The notes under the pieces are model-generated. The model did no database searches, was not told the DNA's origin, and saw only the letters and a program-made list of their open reading frames with translations. A DNA stretch of 63,354 bases, the filler included. It is 7 parts of 7 records of this genome, joined end to end, with 100 filler letters (N's around TTAATTAATTAA, not from the genome) between each part and the next. Parts side by side here need not be neighbours in the genome. Positions count along the whole stretch, not along the records: positions 20,204 to 23,396 come from SRR20825010_2521; positions 23,497 to 26,836 come from SRR20825010_2529; positions 26,937 to 42,861 come from SRR20825010_2530; 4 more parts are not named here. One strand, 5' to 3'. Below, piece by piece: positions 20,204 to 32,010 of the stretch (the stretch's first letter is position 1; each line of letters opens with the position of its first letter). Made by a program: the position numbers and the translations under genes.

Positions 20204-22228
20204 GTCGAGATTGCGCGGCATCCAGTCGGCCGACGAAATATAGACCTTAGCCTTGTCGGACGGCAGCCCGTGCCCCTTGCCGAAGCAGATGATGCGGGAA
20301 TGTTCAAGGAATCGACCGACAATGCTCTTTACACGGATATTTTCCGACAGGCCGGGCACACCTGGCCTCAGACAGCAAATGCCGCGGATAACGAGGTCGA
20401 TCTTGACCCCCTCACCGCTGGCCACATAAAGCGCATCAATGATATCGGGATCAACCAATGAGTTTAGCTTTGCCCAGATGGCTCCGGGACGTCCCGCCTT
20501 TGCGTGATCGATTTCTGTCTGGATATGCGCAAGCAAGCGAGGACGCAGACTGACCGGCGACAAAGCAATCAGATTGAGATGCGACGGCTCTGCATAGCCG
20601 GTAATGAAATTGAAAATCTGCGACACATCGGCTGCCAGCAACGGATCGCAGGTAAACATCGATATATCAGTATAGATTTTCGCGGTGACGGGATGGTAAT
20701 TACCCGTGCCGAAATGGACATAGGAACGCAATCCACCACTTTCGCGCCGCACGACCAGCGAGAGTTTCGCATGGGTCTTCAATTCGATAAATCCGAAAAC
20801 GACCTGCACGCCGGCACGCTCCAGATTGCGCGCCCAAACGATGTTGGCGGCCTCATCAAAGCGGGCTTTCAACTCGACCAGCGCCGTTACCGACTTGCCT
20901 GCTTCGGCTGCTTCAATTAGTGCCTGCACAATCGGACTGTCTTTCGATGTCCGGTAAAGTGTCTGCTTAATCGCTACGACATCAGGGTCCGCAGCCGCCT
21001 GACGAATGAACTGCACCACCACGTCAAATGATTCATAAGGGTGGTGAACCACAATGTCCTTGGACCGGATGGCTGCAAAGCAGTCGCCACCATGGTCTCT
21101 GATGCGTTCGGGAAATCGCGCGTTATAGGGCTGAAACTTCAAGTCCGAGCGCTGATCGACGATAAGCTGGGCGGTCTGGGCCAGACCCAACAAACCGTCC
21201 ACCATGACAAATTCCTTTTCGCCCACGCCCAGTTCGTCGATCACAAGATCGCGCAAAGCGGGAGGCATTTTTGCCTGCATCTTGAGCCGGATCACACTGC
21301 CACGACGGCGACGCTTCAATGCGCTTTCAAAATAGCGCACAAGATCTTCAGCCTCTTCTTCCAGCTCTATATCGCTGTCGCGCAGCAGACGGAACGCACC
21401 CTGCCCCATGACCTCATAGCCGGGGAAAAGGCGACTCAGGAAAAGACCAATCATGTCTTCCAGCGCAATAAAATGGATATCGCTATTATCCTCACGATCC
21501 GGCAGGCGCACAAAACGTTCCACCTGTGTCGGGATCGGCAAGAGGGCATTCATGGTCCGACCGTCGGTCTGGCGGCTGAGTTGCAGCGCGAGGGCGAAGC
21601 CAAGATTAGGAATGAATGGGAACGGGTGTGCAGGGTCAATAGCAAGCGGGGTCAGAACAGGAAAGACTTGTTCCAGAAAACGCGTCTCCAGCCATGCAAA
21701 TTCGTCGGGCGTGACTTCCTCTGGTTGCAGAACCGAAATACCAGCCGCACGCAATTCTTCGCTTATCCAAAGCCAGGTGCGTTGCTGCTCCTGAATAAGT
21801 TCGTTTGCATTGGAATTGACCTGATCAAGCTGCTGGGCTGGCGTCAGCCCATCCTGACTAACGGTTTCAACACCGGCTCGCACTTGTCCGCGAAGACCGG
21901 CTACGCGCACCATATAGAATTCATCAAGATTGGACGCTGAGATCGACAGAAAGCGCAGCCGTTCCAATAACGGATGATTGGCATTTGCTGTCTCTTCAAG
22001 CACACGCGCATTGAAAGCCAGCCAGGACAATTCACGGTTTATGAAGCGATCAGGCGAAGTAATGGAAATCGTCGGTACAATGTCTTCCGCTTTCTCCGTC
22101 AAAGACTTGGCTTCGTCATCCACATGACCCGCACGAGGTGCCAATGGCGGCAAGGGACTGTGAGCCCGGTCAATCTTCTCGGACTTGTCCTTATCACTCA
22201 CAATGGTCGGGCGCGGCGGCGTGCTCAT
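20204..22228 (-). CDS. ppk1: polyphosphate kinase 1 (3' end truncated by contig edge)
   Basis: [59 protein letters not shown]. Confidence 0.96.
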
Positions 22229-22397
22229 AGGATCTTTCTCACGGGGATTTTTCATACGATTCCGCCGGACAGACAGAACCATCCCCCTTGTGGGCCTAGT
22301 TTATGTCAAAGAGATGACTGAGTCATTGCATCTGGAATATGGATATCTGAAACATGAGTACAGGCGATTAGCCCGCCAAATGCCCAGGGCAGCCGCT

Positions 22398-23072
22398 TCA
22401 GACCAATCCCATATCCGCAAGAACCTGTGTTGCCAGGGGCACGGTAACCGCTCGTTTACCTGACAGAGAGGCCCGATCAAGGGCTGCAACCACATCACGG
22501 GCGATTGCAATCGAGCGCTCAATATGACTCGCAAGATAGGCAATCAGCGGCTCTCCAACCCGCAATTGACGATCATCGAAAAGCTTGACCAGTACACCGG
22601 CCAGCAGGGCATCGTCAGGTGGTCCCAATTCGCTATGCGGTAGCGCCCGCATGCGGGAGGCCAGATCAGGCAGCCCGATCGTAAGATGTCCGGGTGCCAG
22701 ACGAGAGGTCAGCAGAAGCGACGCGCCTTCTTCCTTCACCAGATTGAGCAAATGGAACAGCTGCCGTTCGGCACTCTCAGTCAAGTTTTCCATATCCTCG
22801 ACCAGCACAGCACCGGCGGCCACAAGCGCTGGCACATCCGCACCTTCCAGCTCATTTGCCTCCAGACGAGCGGCACCGCTCATATCGTGCCAGACTTGTG
22901 CGAGATGCGACTTGCCGCTGCCCTGCGGCCCTGAGATCGCGACACTGGGGCCTGGCCAATCCGGCCAAGCGTCAATCAGTGCGACAGCAGCCTCGTTGGA
23001 CGGCGCGACCAGAAAGTCGTCGCGCCCACGGGCGGGCCGATGACCAAGTTCAAGAATGAGCTGACGTTGCAT
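22398..23072 (-). CDS. hdaA: DnaA regulatory inactivator HdaA-like protein
   Basis: N-terminal QLILEL clamp-binding-like motif, GPQGSGKSHL, LFHLLN, PDLASR; usual alphaproteobacterial AI-2E-hdaA-ppk order. Confidence 0.85.
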   Translation of the reverse strand: MQRQLILELGHRPARGRDDFLVAPSNEAAVALIDAWPDWPGPSVAISGPQGSGKSHLAQVWHDMSGAARLEANELEGADVPALVAAGAVLVEDMENLTESAERQLFHLLNLVKEEGASLLLTSRLAPGHLTIGLPDLASRMRALPHSELGPPDDALLAGVLVKLFDDRQLRVGEPLIAYLASHIERSIAIARDVVAALDRASLSGKRAVTVPLATQVLADMGLV

Positions 23073-23396
23073 TCAGATATCTGATCCGCTGGGTGCTGCA
23101 TTTTGACTATCCGCACCCTCGCCCTCGGCTCCCAGATAAAGGCGGCTATGCTCGTAACGCGACACGGCAAAACGGGTAATCACACCCAGCGTTGCAGCGA
23201 CCGGCAAAGCCAACAATGCGCCTACAAACCCAAACAATGTTCCGAAGGCCAAAATAGCAAACATCACCCAGACGGGGTGCAGGCGCACCTTGTCACCGAT
23301 CAACTTCGGTTGCAGAAAATTGCCTTCAATGAACTGTCCGAGCACAAAAATAGCCGCTACGAGCCCGATCATTGTGTAGTCCGGCCAGTATTGGAA
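23073..23396 (-). CDS. AI-2E family transporter (C-terminal fragment)
   Basis: QFIEGNFLQPKLIG..VRLHPVW..FGFVGALLALP. Confidence 0.9.
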   Translation of the reverse strand, partial: FQYWPDYTMIGLVAAIFVLGQFIEGNFLQPKLIGDKVRLHPVWVMFAILAFGTLFGFVGALLALPVAATLGVITRFAVSRYEHSRLYLGAEGEGADSQNAAPSGSDI

Positions 23397-23496
23397 NNNN
23401 NNNNNNNNNNNNNNNNNNNNNNNNNNNNNNNNNNNNNNNNTTAATTAATTAANNNNNNNNNNNNNNNNNNNNNNNNNNNNNNNNNNNNNNNNNNNN
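23397..23496. other. artificial contig linker
   Basis: N44-TTAATTAATTAA-N44. Confidence 0.98.
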
Positions 23497-24051
23497 GTCC
23501 AACTGGCGGCGCAGGCGCACCAGTTGTTCGTCGATGGCACGTCTGTCTGCCTCAATCTGCGTCTCACCGGGGCCGCCGACGAACCCCAATCCGCCACGCT
23601 GCCGTTCAAGGTGAGTCCAGGCCCGTACAAGGCGGGTGCGCTGATAGGACAGGTGCGCCATCTCGACCTGCAACACCCCTTCGCGGGTGGCGGCACGATC
23701 CGAGAAGATTTCCAGAATAAGCCCGGTCCGGTCGAGCAGTTTGACCTTCCACGTCTTTTCCAGATTGCGCTGTTGCACCGGGGTCACCGGGCCGTCGACC
23801 AGCACCAATTCGATCTCTTGCGCCTCAAACAGGGCGCGCAGTTCTTCGATCTTGCCGGTGCCGAACAGCGCGCCGGCATGGGGGCGCGGCAACGGCACGA
23901 TGGTGTCGCCCACAACCTCGAGCCCCGGCAAGGCATGTGCCAGCGACACAGCCTCATCCAAGGCCATCCGGGCGTTCCGCCGGTCCTTGTCGTTCTTGAT
24001 ATCGGGATGCAGGACCCAAGCGCGGGTCACGGGCGCAGCGTGTTCCTTCAC
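23497..24051 (-). CDS. hflX: GTPase HflX (N-terminal fragment)
   Basis: [46 protein letters not shown]; overlaps the hfq stop. Confidence 0.95.
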
Positions 24052-24287
24052 GCGTCCCCTTCGCCGTCATACAGGTTGATCGGCTGGCTGGGCATGATGG
24101 TCGAAATTGCGTGCTTGTACACAAGCTGCGATTGCCCGTCGCGGCGCAACAGGACGCAAAAATTATCAAACCAGGTGATGACCCCCTGCAGTTTGACCCC
24201 GTTGATCAGGAAGACTGTCACGGGTACCTTGGTCTTGCGAACGTGATTAAGAAATGCGTCCTGCAGGTTCTGTCTGTCAGAAGCCAT
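24048..24287 (-). CDS. hfq: RNA chaperone Hfq
   Basis: [33 protein letters not shown]. Confidence 0.98.
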   Translation of the reverse strand: MASDRQNLQDAFLNHVRKTKVPVTVFLINGVKLQGVITWFDNFCVLLRRDGQSQLVYKHAISTIMPSQPINLYDGEGDA

Positions 24288-24423
24288 TGAATTGCCTTTA
24301 TTCTTGCCGGGCCCGCGCGCCGGGCCACCCTCGTTGTGACAAGTATGGATTGCCCTTGCGGGAGTTTCCAGCCGAAAATCCGGGAAATCGGCAGGCGCTT
24401 GCCTGAGTCGTGTTTGCGCGCAA

Positions 24424-25932
24424 CTATTCCCGCCACAGGTCCGGGCTGATCATGACGATGATTGCCAGCAATTCCAACCGCCCCAACACCATGGCCCCGC
24501 ACAGGATCAGATGCGCGTCCCAGCGCATGGCGGCAAGGTCGATGGCCCGCGCCGGAGCCGCGCCAATCAGCGGGCCGGTGTTGGACAGTGTGGCGATGGT
24601 CAACACAATGGCGCGTTCGAAATCAACGCCGTAGATCCCAAGAACCATGGTCAAGCCGGCCAGTGTGACCGCAAAGAACATGAAAAAGACCCAGGCGATA
24701 AAGGCCCCCTCACGACGAATCCGTCGCCCCATCGGCCCGGCCCGACCGACCGAATGGGGGTGGACGAGCCTTTCGATCTCACGCTTGCCGTTCAGGTACA
24801 GCGCATAGACGCGCATCAACTTGACCCCACCCGCCGTGGTGGCCACGCCGCCGCCCACCAGCGCCAGACCCATCAGGATGATCCCCGGCGTCGGCAGGCC
24901 GGACCAGTCCTGCGCCGTGTCCCATTCGCCGCTGACAAAACCGGTGGTGGTCAGAAAGGACGCAGCGGTGAACAACCCACCCCAAAGCGCGCGCAGACCG
25001 GCGATCCAGTTCTGTTCCTCTCCCACGTCGAACGAGGCAACCCAATGGCGCAGGAACAGCAGCAGCGGCACAGAAACGACAATGATCACGCCCAGCCGGA
25101 ATTCGGGGTCGAAATACAAACCCCGTTCCTGTCGGGTGTCGGTCGAAAAGGTCATCCGCGACAGGGCAAAGAAGAAAAAGCAGAACAGCACCATCTCGCC
25201 GCCCAGCCCGCTGGGGGCGGCCCCCAGAGACGACAGCGGCGTGATCCCCGAGGTCGACATGACGGACATCGCATGGCTGAGTGCCACCAAGGGCGGGTCG
25301 CCTGCCACCAGCAGCATCACGGTCAGCGCCAGCGTCAGCCCGGCATAGATCGGAAACAGCGTCTCGGCGCTGCGCATCAGGCGCTGGCTGGGCGCGGTGG
25401 GGCCAGAGTTCGTCGCGCCCTCGGCCATGGACTGGCCCGGCTCTCCGCTGGCGGTCACCTCAAAGCCCCCCAGCGCCAAGGGAGCCAAGATGGCAGAGGC
25501 AGCGATCCACATCACCAAACCGCCCATCCATCCCACCTGAACCCGCCACAGATGTTCCGGCCCCGACAATCGCGCGGCATCAAACAGCGTCGCCCCGGTG
25601 GTGGTGAAACTGGACACCATCTCGAAATAAGCACTGCCAAAGCTGGTGGTGCGCACCGCCTCGTGGAAAGGCACCGCAAACATCAATGGCAAAAAGACGA
25701 AACCCGCCGCCAATGCCACCAACTGCCGCAACGCGCTTTCATTGTGGCGCTGGTTGCCCAGCGCCAGTGCCACCAGTGCGGTCAGGATCAACCCCAGCAG
25801 AGCGCCATAGAAAAACGTCCGCGCGTCGTGGAAATCCTCGATCGCATAGGCAAAGGCGGCCGGCAGAAGCATCGAGGCCGCACCCAGCGCCGTCATCAAC
25901 AAAAACAGCGGCATTCCCGCGATGGCCTTCAT
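24424..25932 (-). CDS. trkH: TrkH family potassium uptake permease
   Basis: [38 protein letters not shown]; downstream of trkA. Confidence 0.92.
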   Translation of the reverse strand: MKAIAGMPLFLLMTALGAASMLLPAAFAYAIEDFHDARTFFYGALLGLILTALVALALGNQRHNESALRQLVALAAGFVFLPLMFAVPFHEAVRTTSFGSAYFEMVSSFTTTGATLFDAARLSGPEHLWRVQVGWMGGLVMWIAASAILAPLALGGFEVTASGEPGQSMAEGATNSGPTAPSQRLMRSAETLFPIYAGLTLALTVMLLVAGDPPLVALSHAMSVMSTSGITPLSSLGAAPSGLGGEMVLFCFFFFALSRMTFSTDTRQERGLYFDPEFRLGVIIVVSVPLLLFLRHWVASFDVGEEQNWIAGLRALWGGLFTAASFLTTTGFVSGEWDTAQDWSGLPTPGIILMGLALVGGGVATTAGGVKLMRVYALYLNGKREIERLVHPHSVGRAGPMGRRIRREGAFIAWVFFMFFAVTLAGLTMVLGIYGVDFERAIVLTIATLSNTGPLIGAAPARAIDLAAMRWDAHLILCGAMVLGRLELLAIIVMISPDLWRE

Positions 25933-26004
25933 CGCACGCCCCCCGCCCAACAAAGGCCGGGTATCGCAGAGACGGTCGAAATTGCCCCCTGCCCGGACAT
26001 GCGC

Positions 26005-26836
26005 CTAGAAGAAGTCAATCGAAACCTGCAACAGGCGTTCGACCTCTGCCACGTCCCCGGTCAGGGCAAAGATCACGATCTGATCGCCCTCCTCGATACG
26101 CAGCGTGCCGGTCGGTTTGACCACCTTGTTCCCTTTGCGGACCGCCCCCACCAACACGCCTTCGGGGAAATCGATCTCACGGATCAGGCTGCCCGCGATG
26201 GGCGAGGTCGACATGACCTCGGCTTCGATCACCTCTGCCTCGGCGTCGCCGATAGAATAGACTTGGCTGACGCGCCCATGCCGAATGTGCCGCAGGATCG
26301 AACTGACAGTCGTCGAGCGCGGGTTGATGTAGGCGTCGATGCCCAAGGGCTCCATCAGCGGCACCAGCGTGGGGTCGTTGATCAGCGCGATCACCATGGG
26401 GCAGCCTGCCGCCTTGGCACGCACGGCAGCCAGCATGTTGACCTTGTCGTCATCGGTCACGCACAGCGCCGCATCGGCGCGCGCCACTCCCGCCTCGACC
26501 AGCAATGCGGCATCCAACCCGTCGCCGTGCAACACGATGGTGCGCTCCAGCTCCTCGGCGGCGCGTTCGGCGTTCTTGCGGTTGCGTTCGATCATCTTGG
26601 CGCGGATGCGGGTCTTGCCCGCCTCCAGCGCGCGCGCCACCGACAGCCCGACATTGCCGCCGCCGACAATCACCACGCGCTCCTGCTTGCGGTGCGCTTT
26701 GCCGAAAATCTCCATGGTGCGCTGCACGTCCTCGGAATGCACCACAACGTAGCAACTGTCGCCCACGAACAGCTGATCGCCCGATTCCGGCGCAAACAAC
26801 TGCCCCTCGCGGCGCACCCCAACAACAACCGACCGC
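26005..26836 (-). CDS. trkA: Trk system potassium transporter TrkA (C-terminal fragment)
   Basis: IVGGGNVG RCK domain, VLHGDG, TDDDKVN, AEAEVIEAEV. Confidence 0.93.
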
Positions 26837-26936
26837 NNNNNNNNNNNNNNNNNNNNNNNNNNNNNNNNNNNNNNNNNNNNTTAATTAATTAANNNNNNNN
26901 NNNNNNNNNNNNNNNNNNNNNNNNNNNNNNNNNNNN
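26837..26936. other. artificial contig linker
   Basis: N44-TTAATTAATTAA-N44. Confidence 0.98.
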
Positions 26937-27533
26937 CAGCGGCTTTTTCTTGGCTTTCATGATGTTCGGCAGAGACGCGTAACGCGGCTCGTTCAAGCGC
27001 AGGTCAGTGGTAACCACTGCCGGCAGGCTCAGTTCAACAGTCTGCAGGCCACCGTCGATTTCACGGGTAACCTTCACTTTACCGTCAGCCACATTCACTT
27101 CAGAAGCGAAGGTGCCCTGCGGCATGCCAGCCAACGCAGCCAGCATCTGGCCGGTCTGGTTGTTGTCGCCGTCGATAGCCTGCTTGCCCAGGATAACCAG
27201 TTCAGGCTTCTCTTCATCAACGATGGCTTTCAGTGCTTTGGCGATGCCCAGCGGCTGAACGTCTTCGTCGGTTTCAACCAGGATGGAGCGGTCAGCGCCC
27301 AGAGCCATGGCAGTACGCAGCTGTTCCTGAGCGGTCTTGGGACCGATGGAAACGGCAACGATTTCGGTAACCACACCCTTTTCTTTCAGACGCACTGCTT
27401 CTTCTACAGCGATTTCACAAAAGGGATTCATGGCCATTTTAACATTGGCGAGATCAACGCCAGTGTTGTCAGCCTTCACGCGAACCTTGACGTTGTAATC
27501 AACGACTCGCTTGATGGGTACAAGAACCTTCAT
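26937..27533 (-). CDS. etfB: electron transfer flavoprotein beta subunit (3' truncated)
   Basis: [63 protein letters not shown]. Confidence 0.96.
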
Positions 27534-27997
27534 AGGATCCTCGGAATGTTCCATTGGGTGACTTGTAGAAGGAGGCGACATGACGCCGTTGCCGGGTCCA
27601 CCCCCGCGAAAGAGGGGCTATCTTGAACGCTCGCCTACAACAGGTCAATAGGCCGAAAATCTGTAAGCAGATGATTTTGCTGCAAATAGACCACACAAAC
27701 TGTCCACTTTTTGTGACCTGTCGGTCGGCGATTTTCTTGTAAATCAACCATCTAGCAAGAGATAATCCAAACACTTGTTTGAAAGTGCCCTGCGCCGGTT
27801 CAAATGTTGACACAAGTTCGCGTCCGCAGGGTCAACCCCAGTAGTGGTGTGGTTTCTTCTATCTCTATATACTCCGCGCCACCCCAAGGCTGGTCTCGGT
27901 TGGCCACTGAGAAAGGGTTTCTGTTACTAGTAATGTCAGAACCTCTTTCTCAGTGGCTCCCGGGCCAAACACGCAATCGATAGCGAGGAGACAGGCT

Positions 27998-29653
27998 GTG
28001 GAACGCGAATCTATGGAAGTCGACGTAGTCATCGTCGGCGCCGGTCCTTCCGGTCTGGCAACCGCCTGCCGTCTGGGTCAGATCGCCCAGGAAACCGGTC
28101 AGGAAATCAGTGTTGTTGTTGTAGAGAAAGGCTCCGAAGTTGGCGCTCATATTCTTTCTGGTGCCGTGCTCGAACCACGCGCCCTGAACGAACTGTTCCC
28201 TAACTGGCAGGAATTGGGCGCACCGGTGAACACCAAGGTCACCGGCGACGAGATCTTCTTCCTCACCGGCCCGGAAAAGGCACAGAAAGTGCCCAACATG
28301 TTCGTCCCTAAAACCATGCACAACGAAGGGAACTACATTATTTCCCTGGGTAATCTGTGCCGCTGGCTGGGCGAGCAGGCCGAAGGCCTGGGCATCGAAG
28401 TCTTCCCCGGCTTCGCCGCTACCGAAGTGCTGTACAACGACGACGGGTCTGTTAAAGGTATCGCTACCGGCGATTCCGGCATCGGCCATGACGGCGAGCA
28501 CAAGCCCAGCTACACGCCGGGCATGGAGCTTCACGCCAAGTACACCATCTTCTCAGAAGGCTGCCGTGGCCACTTGGGCAAGCAGCTGCAGGAAAAATTC
28601 AACCTGCGCGAAGGCACCGACCCTCAACATTACGGCATCGGTATCAAAGAGCTGTGGGACATTGATCCTGCCAAGCATCAGGAAGGCCTGGTGGTTCACA
28701 CCGCTGGCTGGCCGCTAACCGAATCCGGTTCTCCGGGTGGTGCGTTCCTGTACCACATCGAAAACAACCAGGTTGCTCTGGGTCTGATCACCGACCTGGC
28801 CTACTCCAACCCGCACGTTTCTCCGTTCGACGAGATGCAGCGCTGGAAGACCAACCCGGAAATCAAGAAGCATCTGGAAGGCGGAAAGCGTGTCTCTTAC
28901 GGCGCACGCGCCATCTCCAAGGGTGGCCTGCAGTCCTTGCCGAAGATGACCTTCCCTGGCGGCCTAATGGTGGGCTGTAACGCCGGCACCCTGAACTTTG
29001 CCAAGATCAAAGGCACTCACACGGCCATGAAGTCCGGCATGATTGCCGCTGAAATCCTGGCTGAAGCCCTCAAAGGTGGCCGCGGCAGTGACGAGCTGAC
29101 CGAGTACAAGGATGCCTTCGAGAAGAGCTGGGTTTACGAAGAGTTGCACGCCCAGCGCAACTTCGGCCCGGCCCAGCACAAGTTCGGCAACCTGGTTGGT
29201 TCCGCCTTTGCCTTTGTGGACATCAACCTGTTCAACGGCAAACTGCCCTTCACCATGCGCGATACCACACCGGATCACGCTACCCTGAAGCCGGCGGACC
29301 AGAGCAAGAAAATCGACTACCCGAAACCGGACGGCAAGATCACCTTCGCCAAGCTGGACAGTGTTTTCCTGTCCAACACCAACCACGAAGAAGATCAGCC
29401 CTGTCACCTGACGCTGAAAGATCCGAGCGTGCCACTTGAGGTTAACCTGCCCAAGTGGGACGAGCCGGCCCAGCGTTATTGCCCGGCGGGCGTGTACGAA
29501 GTGGTGGAAGACGAGAACACGGGCGAGAAGCGTTTCCAGATTAACGCCCAGAACTGTGTCCACTGCAAAACCTGTGACATTAAGGACCCCACCCAGAACA
29601 TCAACTGGGTGGCCCCGGAAGGTACCGGCGGCCCGAATTACCCGAACATGTAA
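27998..29653 (+). CDS. ETF-ubiquinone oxidoreductase
   Basis: GAGPSG FAD motif, EKGSEVGAHILSGA, C-terminal 4Fe-4S CPAGVYE..NCVHCKTC; GAGGAG RBS before GTG 27998; divergent from etfB. Confidence 0.96.
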   Translation: MERESMEVDVVIVGAGPSGLATACRLGQIAQETGQEISVVVVEKGSEVGAHILSGAVLEPRALNELFPNWQELGAPVNTKVTGDEIFFLTGPEKAQKVPNMFVPKTMHNEGNYIISLGNLCRWLGEQAEGLGIEVFPGFAATEVLYNDDGSVKGIATGDSGIGHDGEHKPSYTPGMELHAKYTIFSEGCRGHLGKQLQEKFNLREGTDPQHYGIGIKELWDIDPAKHQEGLVVHTAGWPLTESGSPGGAFLYHIENNQVALGLITDLAYSNPHVSPFDEMQRWKTNPEIKKHLEGGKRVSYGARAISKGGLQSLPKMTFPGGLMVGCNAGTLNFAKIKGTHTAMKSGMIAAEILAEALKGGRGSDELTEYKDAFEKSWVYEELHAQRNFGPAQHKFGNLVGSAFAFVDINLFNGKLPFTMRDTTPDHATLKPADQSKKIDYPKPDGKITFAKLDSVFLSNTNHEEDQPCHLTLKDPSVPLEVNLPKWDEPAQRYCPAGVYEVVEDENTGEKRFQINAQNCVHCKTCDIKDPTQNINWVAPEGTGGPNYPNM

Positions 29654-29679
29654 TTCGCCACGGTTTCCGTGTCACAAAC

Positions 29680-29709
29680 AAAAAAGGCGCCTTTTCAGGC
29701 GCCTTTTTT
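29680..29709. terminator. bidirectional intrinsic terminator
   Basis: AAAAAAGGCGCCT-TTTC-AGGCGCCTTTTTT between convergent genes. Confidence 0.88.
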
Positions 29710-29760
29710 GTTATGGCCGGACAGTCAGGAGCAACAACCCTGGGAGCCCGGCATCAAAGG

Positions 29761-29964
29761 TCAGGCCAGAGGCCTTTGCAAACGCTGGATCACCCGGGCG
29801 CGCTGCTGCGCACGGTTCTTGCGCAGGCGGTACCAGGCCAGACGAATGCGATAATCCAGGGCATCCATCATCGCCAGCGGAGGCATGGCCGGCATGTGCA
29901 GGTCCGGTTTGCGGGACTGAATCCGTACCGGGGCTTCAAGTGTCTTGGTTTCGTTGTGCTTCAT
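29761..29964 (-). CDS. small basic hypothetical protein (67 aa)
   Basis: GGAGGAG RBS before ATG 29964; divergent from LysR; Arg-rich C-terminus. Confidence 0.6.
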   Translation of the reverse strand: MKHNETKTLEAPVRIQSRKPDLHMPAMPPLAMMDALDYRIRLAWYRLRKNRAQQRARVIQRLQRPLA

Positions 29965-30093
29965 GGTCTCCTCCCTGTCTGATGACAATATGGAGTGGCT
30001 GGGCTGTGATTGGCCTCCATGATGCAATCCGGTTTATCATCAGTAAATCGAAAAGAACTGCACCTATCGTTCAATTTTTCTGAAAGGCCTGCC

Positions 30094-30978
30094 ATGCCAC
30101 CCAACACCCCTCTCCAACCCCTGTTGGATACGGAAATTCTGCGCAGTTTCGTGGCCATTGCTGAAACCGAGAGCTTCACCCAGGCCGCCAACGAAGTGTT
30201 CCGCACCCCCTCCGCATTGAGCATGCAAATCAAGCGCCTGGAGGAACAGGTCGGCCAACGGTTATTCCTGCGCGAAGCCCGGCGGGTCAGCCTGACCGCC
30301 GAAGGGGAAGCCATGCTCGGTTACGCCCGGCGGCTACTGAAACTGAACCAGGAGGCGATCAGCCACTTCACCGCCCCGGAGCTGGAAGGCACCGTACGGC
30401 TGGGCACCCCGGATGATATCGGCACCCGCATTCTGCCCCAGGTGCTGACCCAGTTTTCCCGCTCCCACCCTGCGGTGCAGGTGAATGTGATTGTCGGTCG
30501 CAGCGCCGACATGTTGCAGCAGCTGGATGCCGGCAAACTGGACCTGATTATGGTAACCACGGGCAAACAGGCGCGTCCGGCACGAGGGGAAGTGGTGCAT
30601 AGCGAGCCGCTGGCATGGGCAGGCGCCCAGAGTGGTATCGCGGTCACCCAGAATCCTCTGCCCCTGGCGTTGGCCAGCCAGGGTTGCCCCTGGCGAAAAA
30701 TGGCGCTGGAAGCGCTGGACCACAGCCAGCATCGCTACCGGGTCGCCTATACCAGCGAACATTGTGCCGGCCAGGAAGCGGCCATGCAGGCGGATCTGGC
30801 CATCGGCCCCTTCCCTCTCAGCCTGATCCAGCCCCCCTTGCAGCAACTGGGTGACGAATACGCCCTCCCCGAACTGGGCGATTATCAGATCGCCATGCTT
30901 TACCGTGGGGAAGAAGGGTCAGCCACCCACGTACTCGCCGGTCATGTACGGGCGGTCTTCCGGGCACTGCGGTTGTAA
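30094..30978 (+). CDS. LysR family regulator (LrhA/HexA/PecT-like)
   Basis: LRSFVAIAETESFTQAA..RTPSALSMQIKRLEE HTH; GTPDD; GCPWR. Confidence 0.93.
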   Translation: MPPNTPLQPLLDTEILRSFVAIAETESFTQAANEVFRTPSALSMQIKRLEEQVGQRLFLREARRVSLTAEGEAMLGYARRLLKLNQEAISHFTAPELEGTVRLGTPDDIGTRILPQVLTQFSRSHPAVQVNVIVGRSADMLQQLDAGKLDLIMVTTGKQARPARGEVVHSEPLAWAGAQSGIAVTQNPLPLALASQGCPWRKMALEALDHSQHRYRVAYTSEHCAGQEAAMQADLAIGPFPLSLIQPPLQQLGDEYALPELGDYQIAMLYRGEEGSATHVLAGHVRAVFRALRL

Positions 30979-31110
30979 TTCGTCTGACCACTGCCCAGAT
31001 GATACAAATGATTTATTTTGTCTCATTGTTTGATGGTGCATTCCTCGCTAGCATAAATGAAACAAGCGTATGAACGGCCCTGCGGGCCAGTAGCGTCGAG
31101 GAATAATAAT

Positions 31111-31992
31111 ATGAATGCACAAGCCAACCACTTGGGCAAAACCCGGTTCGAGCACGAATGGCCAACACCGCTGAGCCCGGAACAACTGGACGAGCGCTTC
31201 CCCGGCATTCTGGACACCTCCATGGTCATGGCCGCCGGCGCCAACATTATTATGCAGCTGGCCCTGCCGGCGGTGGGCTATGGCGTTATGGAAAGCCGCG
31301 TCCCCAGTGGTTCGGTGCTGCACAATCCGCTGAAACGAACGCGCACCACCTTTACCTATCTGGCCGTGGCCATGGTCGGGACCGCAGAAGAGAAACTGGC
31401 ATATCGCCGCGCCGTCAACGGTGCCCACGCCCAGGTCTACTCCACCGATGAATCGCCGGTGGAATACAACGCGTTCAATCCCGAACTGCAATTGTGGGTT
31501 GCCGCCTGCCTGTACTGGGGCTTTGCCGACACGCACCAGAAGCTGCGCGGCCCATTGAGCCGCGCAGATCAGGAAGCGCTTTACCAGCTCTCGCACCCTC
31601 TGGGCACCACCTTGCAAGTGAATCAGGACATGTGGCCCAAAGACCTGGATGCCTTTGAAGCCTATTGGCAGGACGGACTCAAGAACCTGCGTATCGACGA
31701 ACCGGTTCGCGAATTTCTGATGGTGATTGCCGATCTGAAATTTCTCAGCCCAGTCAGCCAGTTCCTGTTCGGCCGCTTCAATCGTTTCATTACCACCGGA
31801 TTTCTGCCCGAAGAGATACGCGACAAGATGCAGCTGGAGTGGAACGACAAGAAACAACGTCGCTTCGAACGCACCGTTCGCACTATCGGCAAGCTGATTC
31901 ATATTCTGCCGCGCCCCATGCGGCAACTCAGCTATACCCTGCCCCTGCGCGACTTCCGCAAGCGGCTGGCCAAGAAAAAACCGTTGATCTAA
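31111..31992 (+). CDS. oxygenase MpaB/DUF2236 family protein
   Basis: ANIIMQLA.PAVGYGV, KRTRTT, VN.AH, Y.AFNPELQLWVAACLY. Confidence 0.85.
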   Translation: MNAQANHLGKTRFEHEWPTPLSPEQLDERFPGILDTSMVMAAGANIIMQLALPAVGYGVMESRVPSGSVLHNPLKRTRTTFTYLAVAMVGTAEEKLAYRRAVNGAHAQVYSTDESPVEYNAFNPELQLWVAACLYWGFADTHQKLRGPLSRADQEALYQLSHPLGTTLQVNQDMWPKDLDAFEAYWQDGLKNLRIDEPVREFLMVIADLKFLSPVSQFLFGRFNRFITTGFLPEEIRDKMQLEWNDKKQRRFERTVRTIGKLIHILPRPMRQLSYTLPLRDFRKRLAKKKPLI

Positions 31993-32010
31993 CGGCCACT
32001 GAGTCGGCCG

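Noticed and set aside
24511-26836. 793-aa + strand ORF
   Set aside because: Antisense shadow of trkH/trkA in high-GC DNA; it runs into the N linker.
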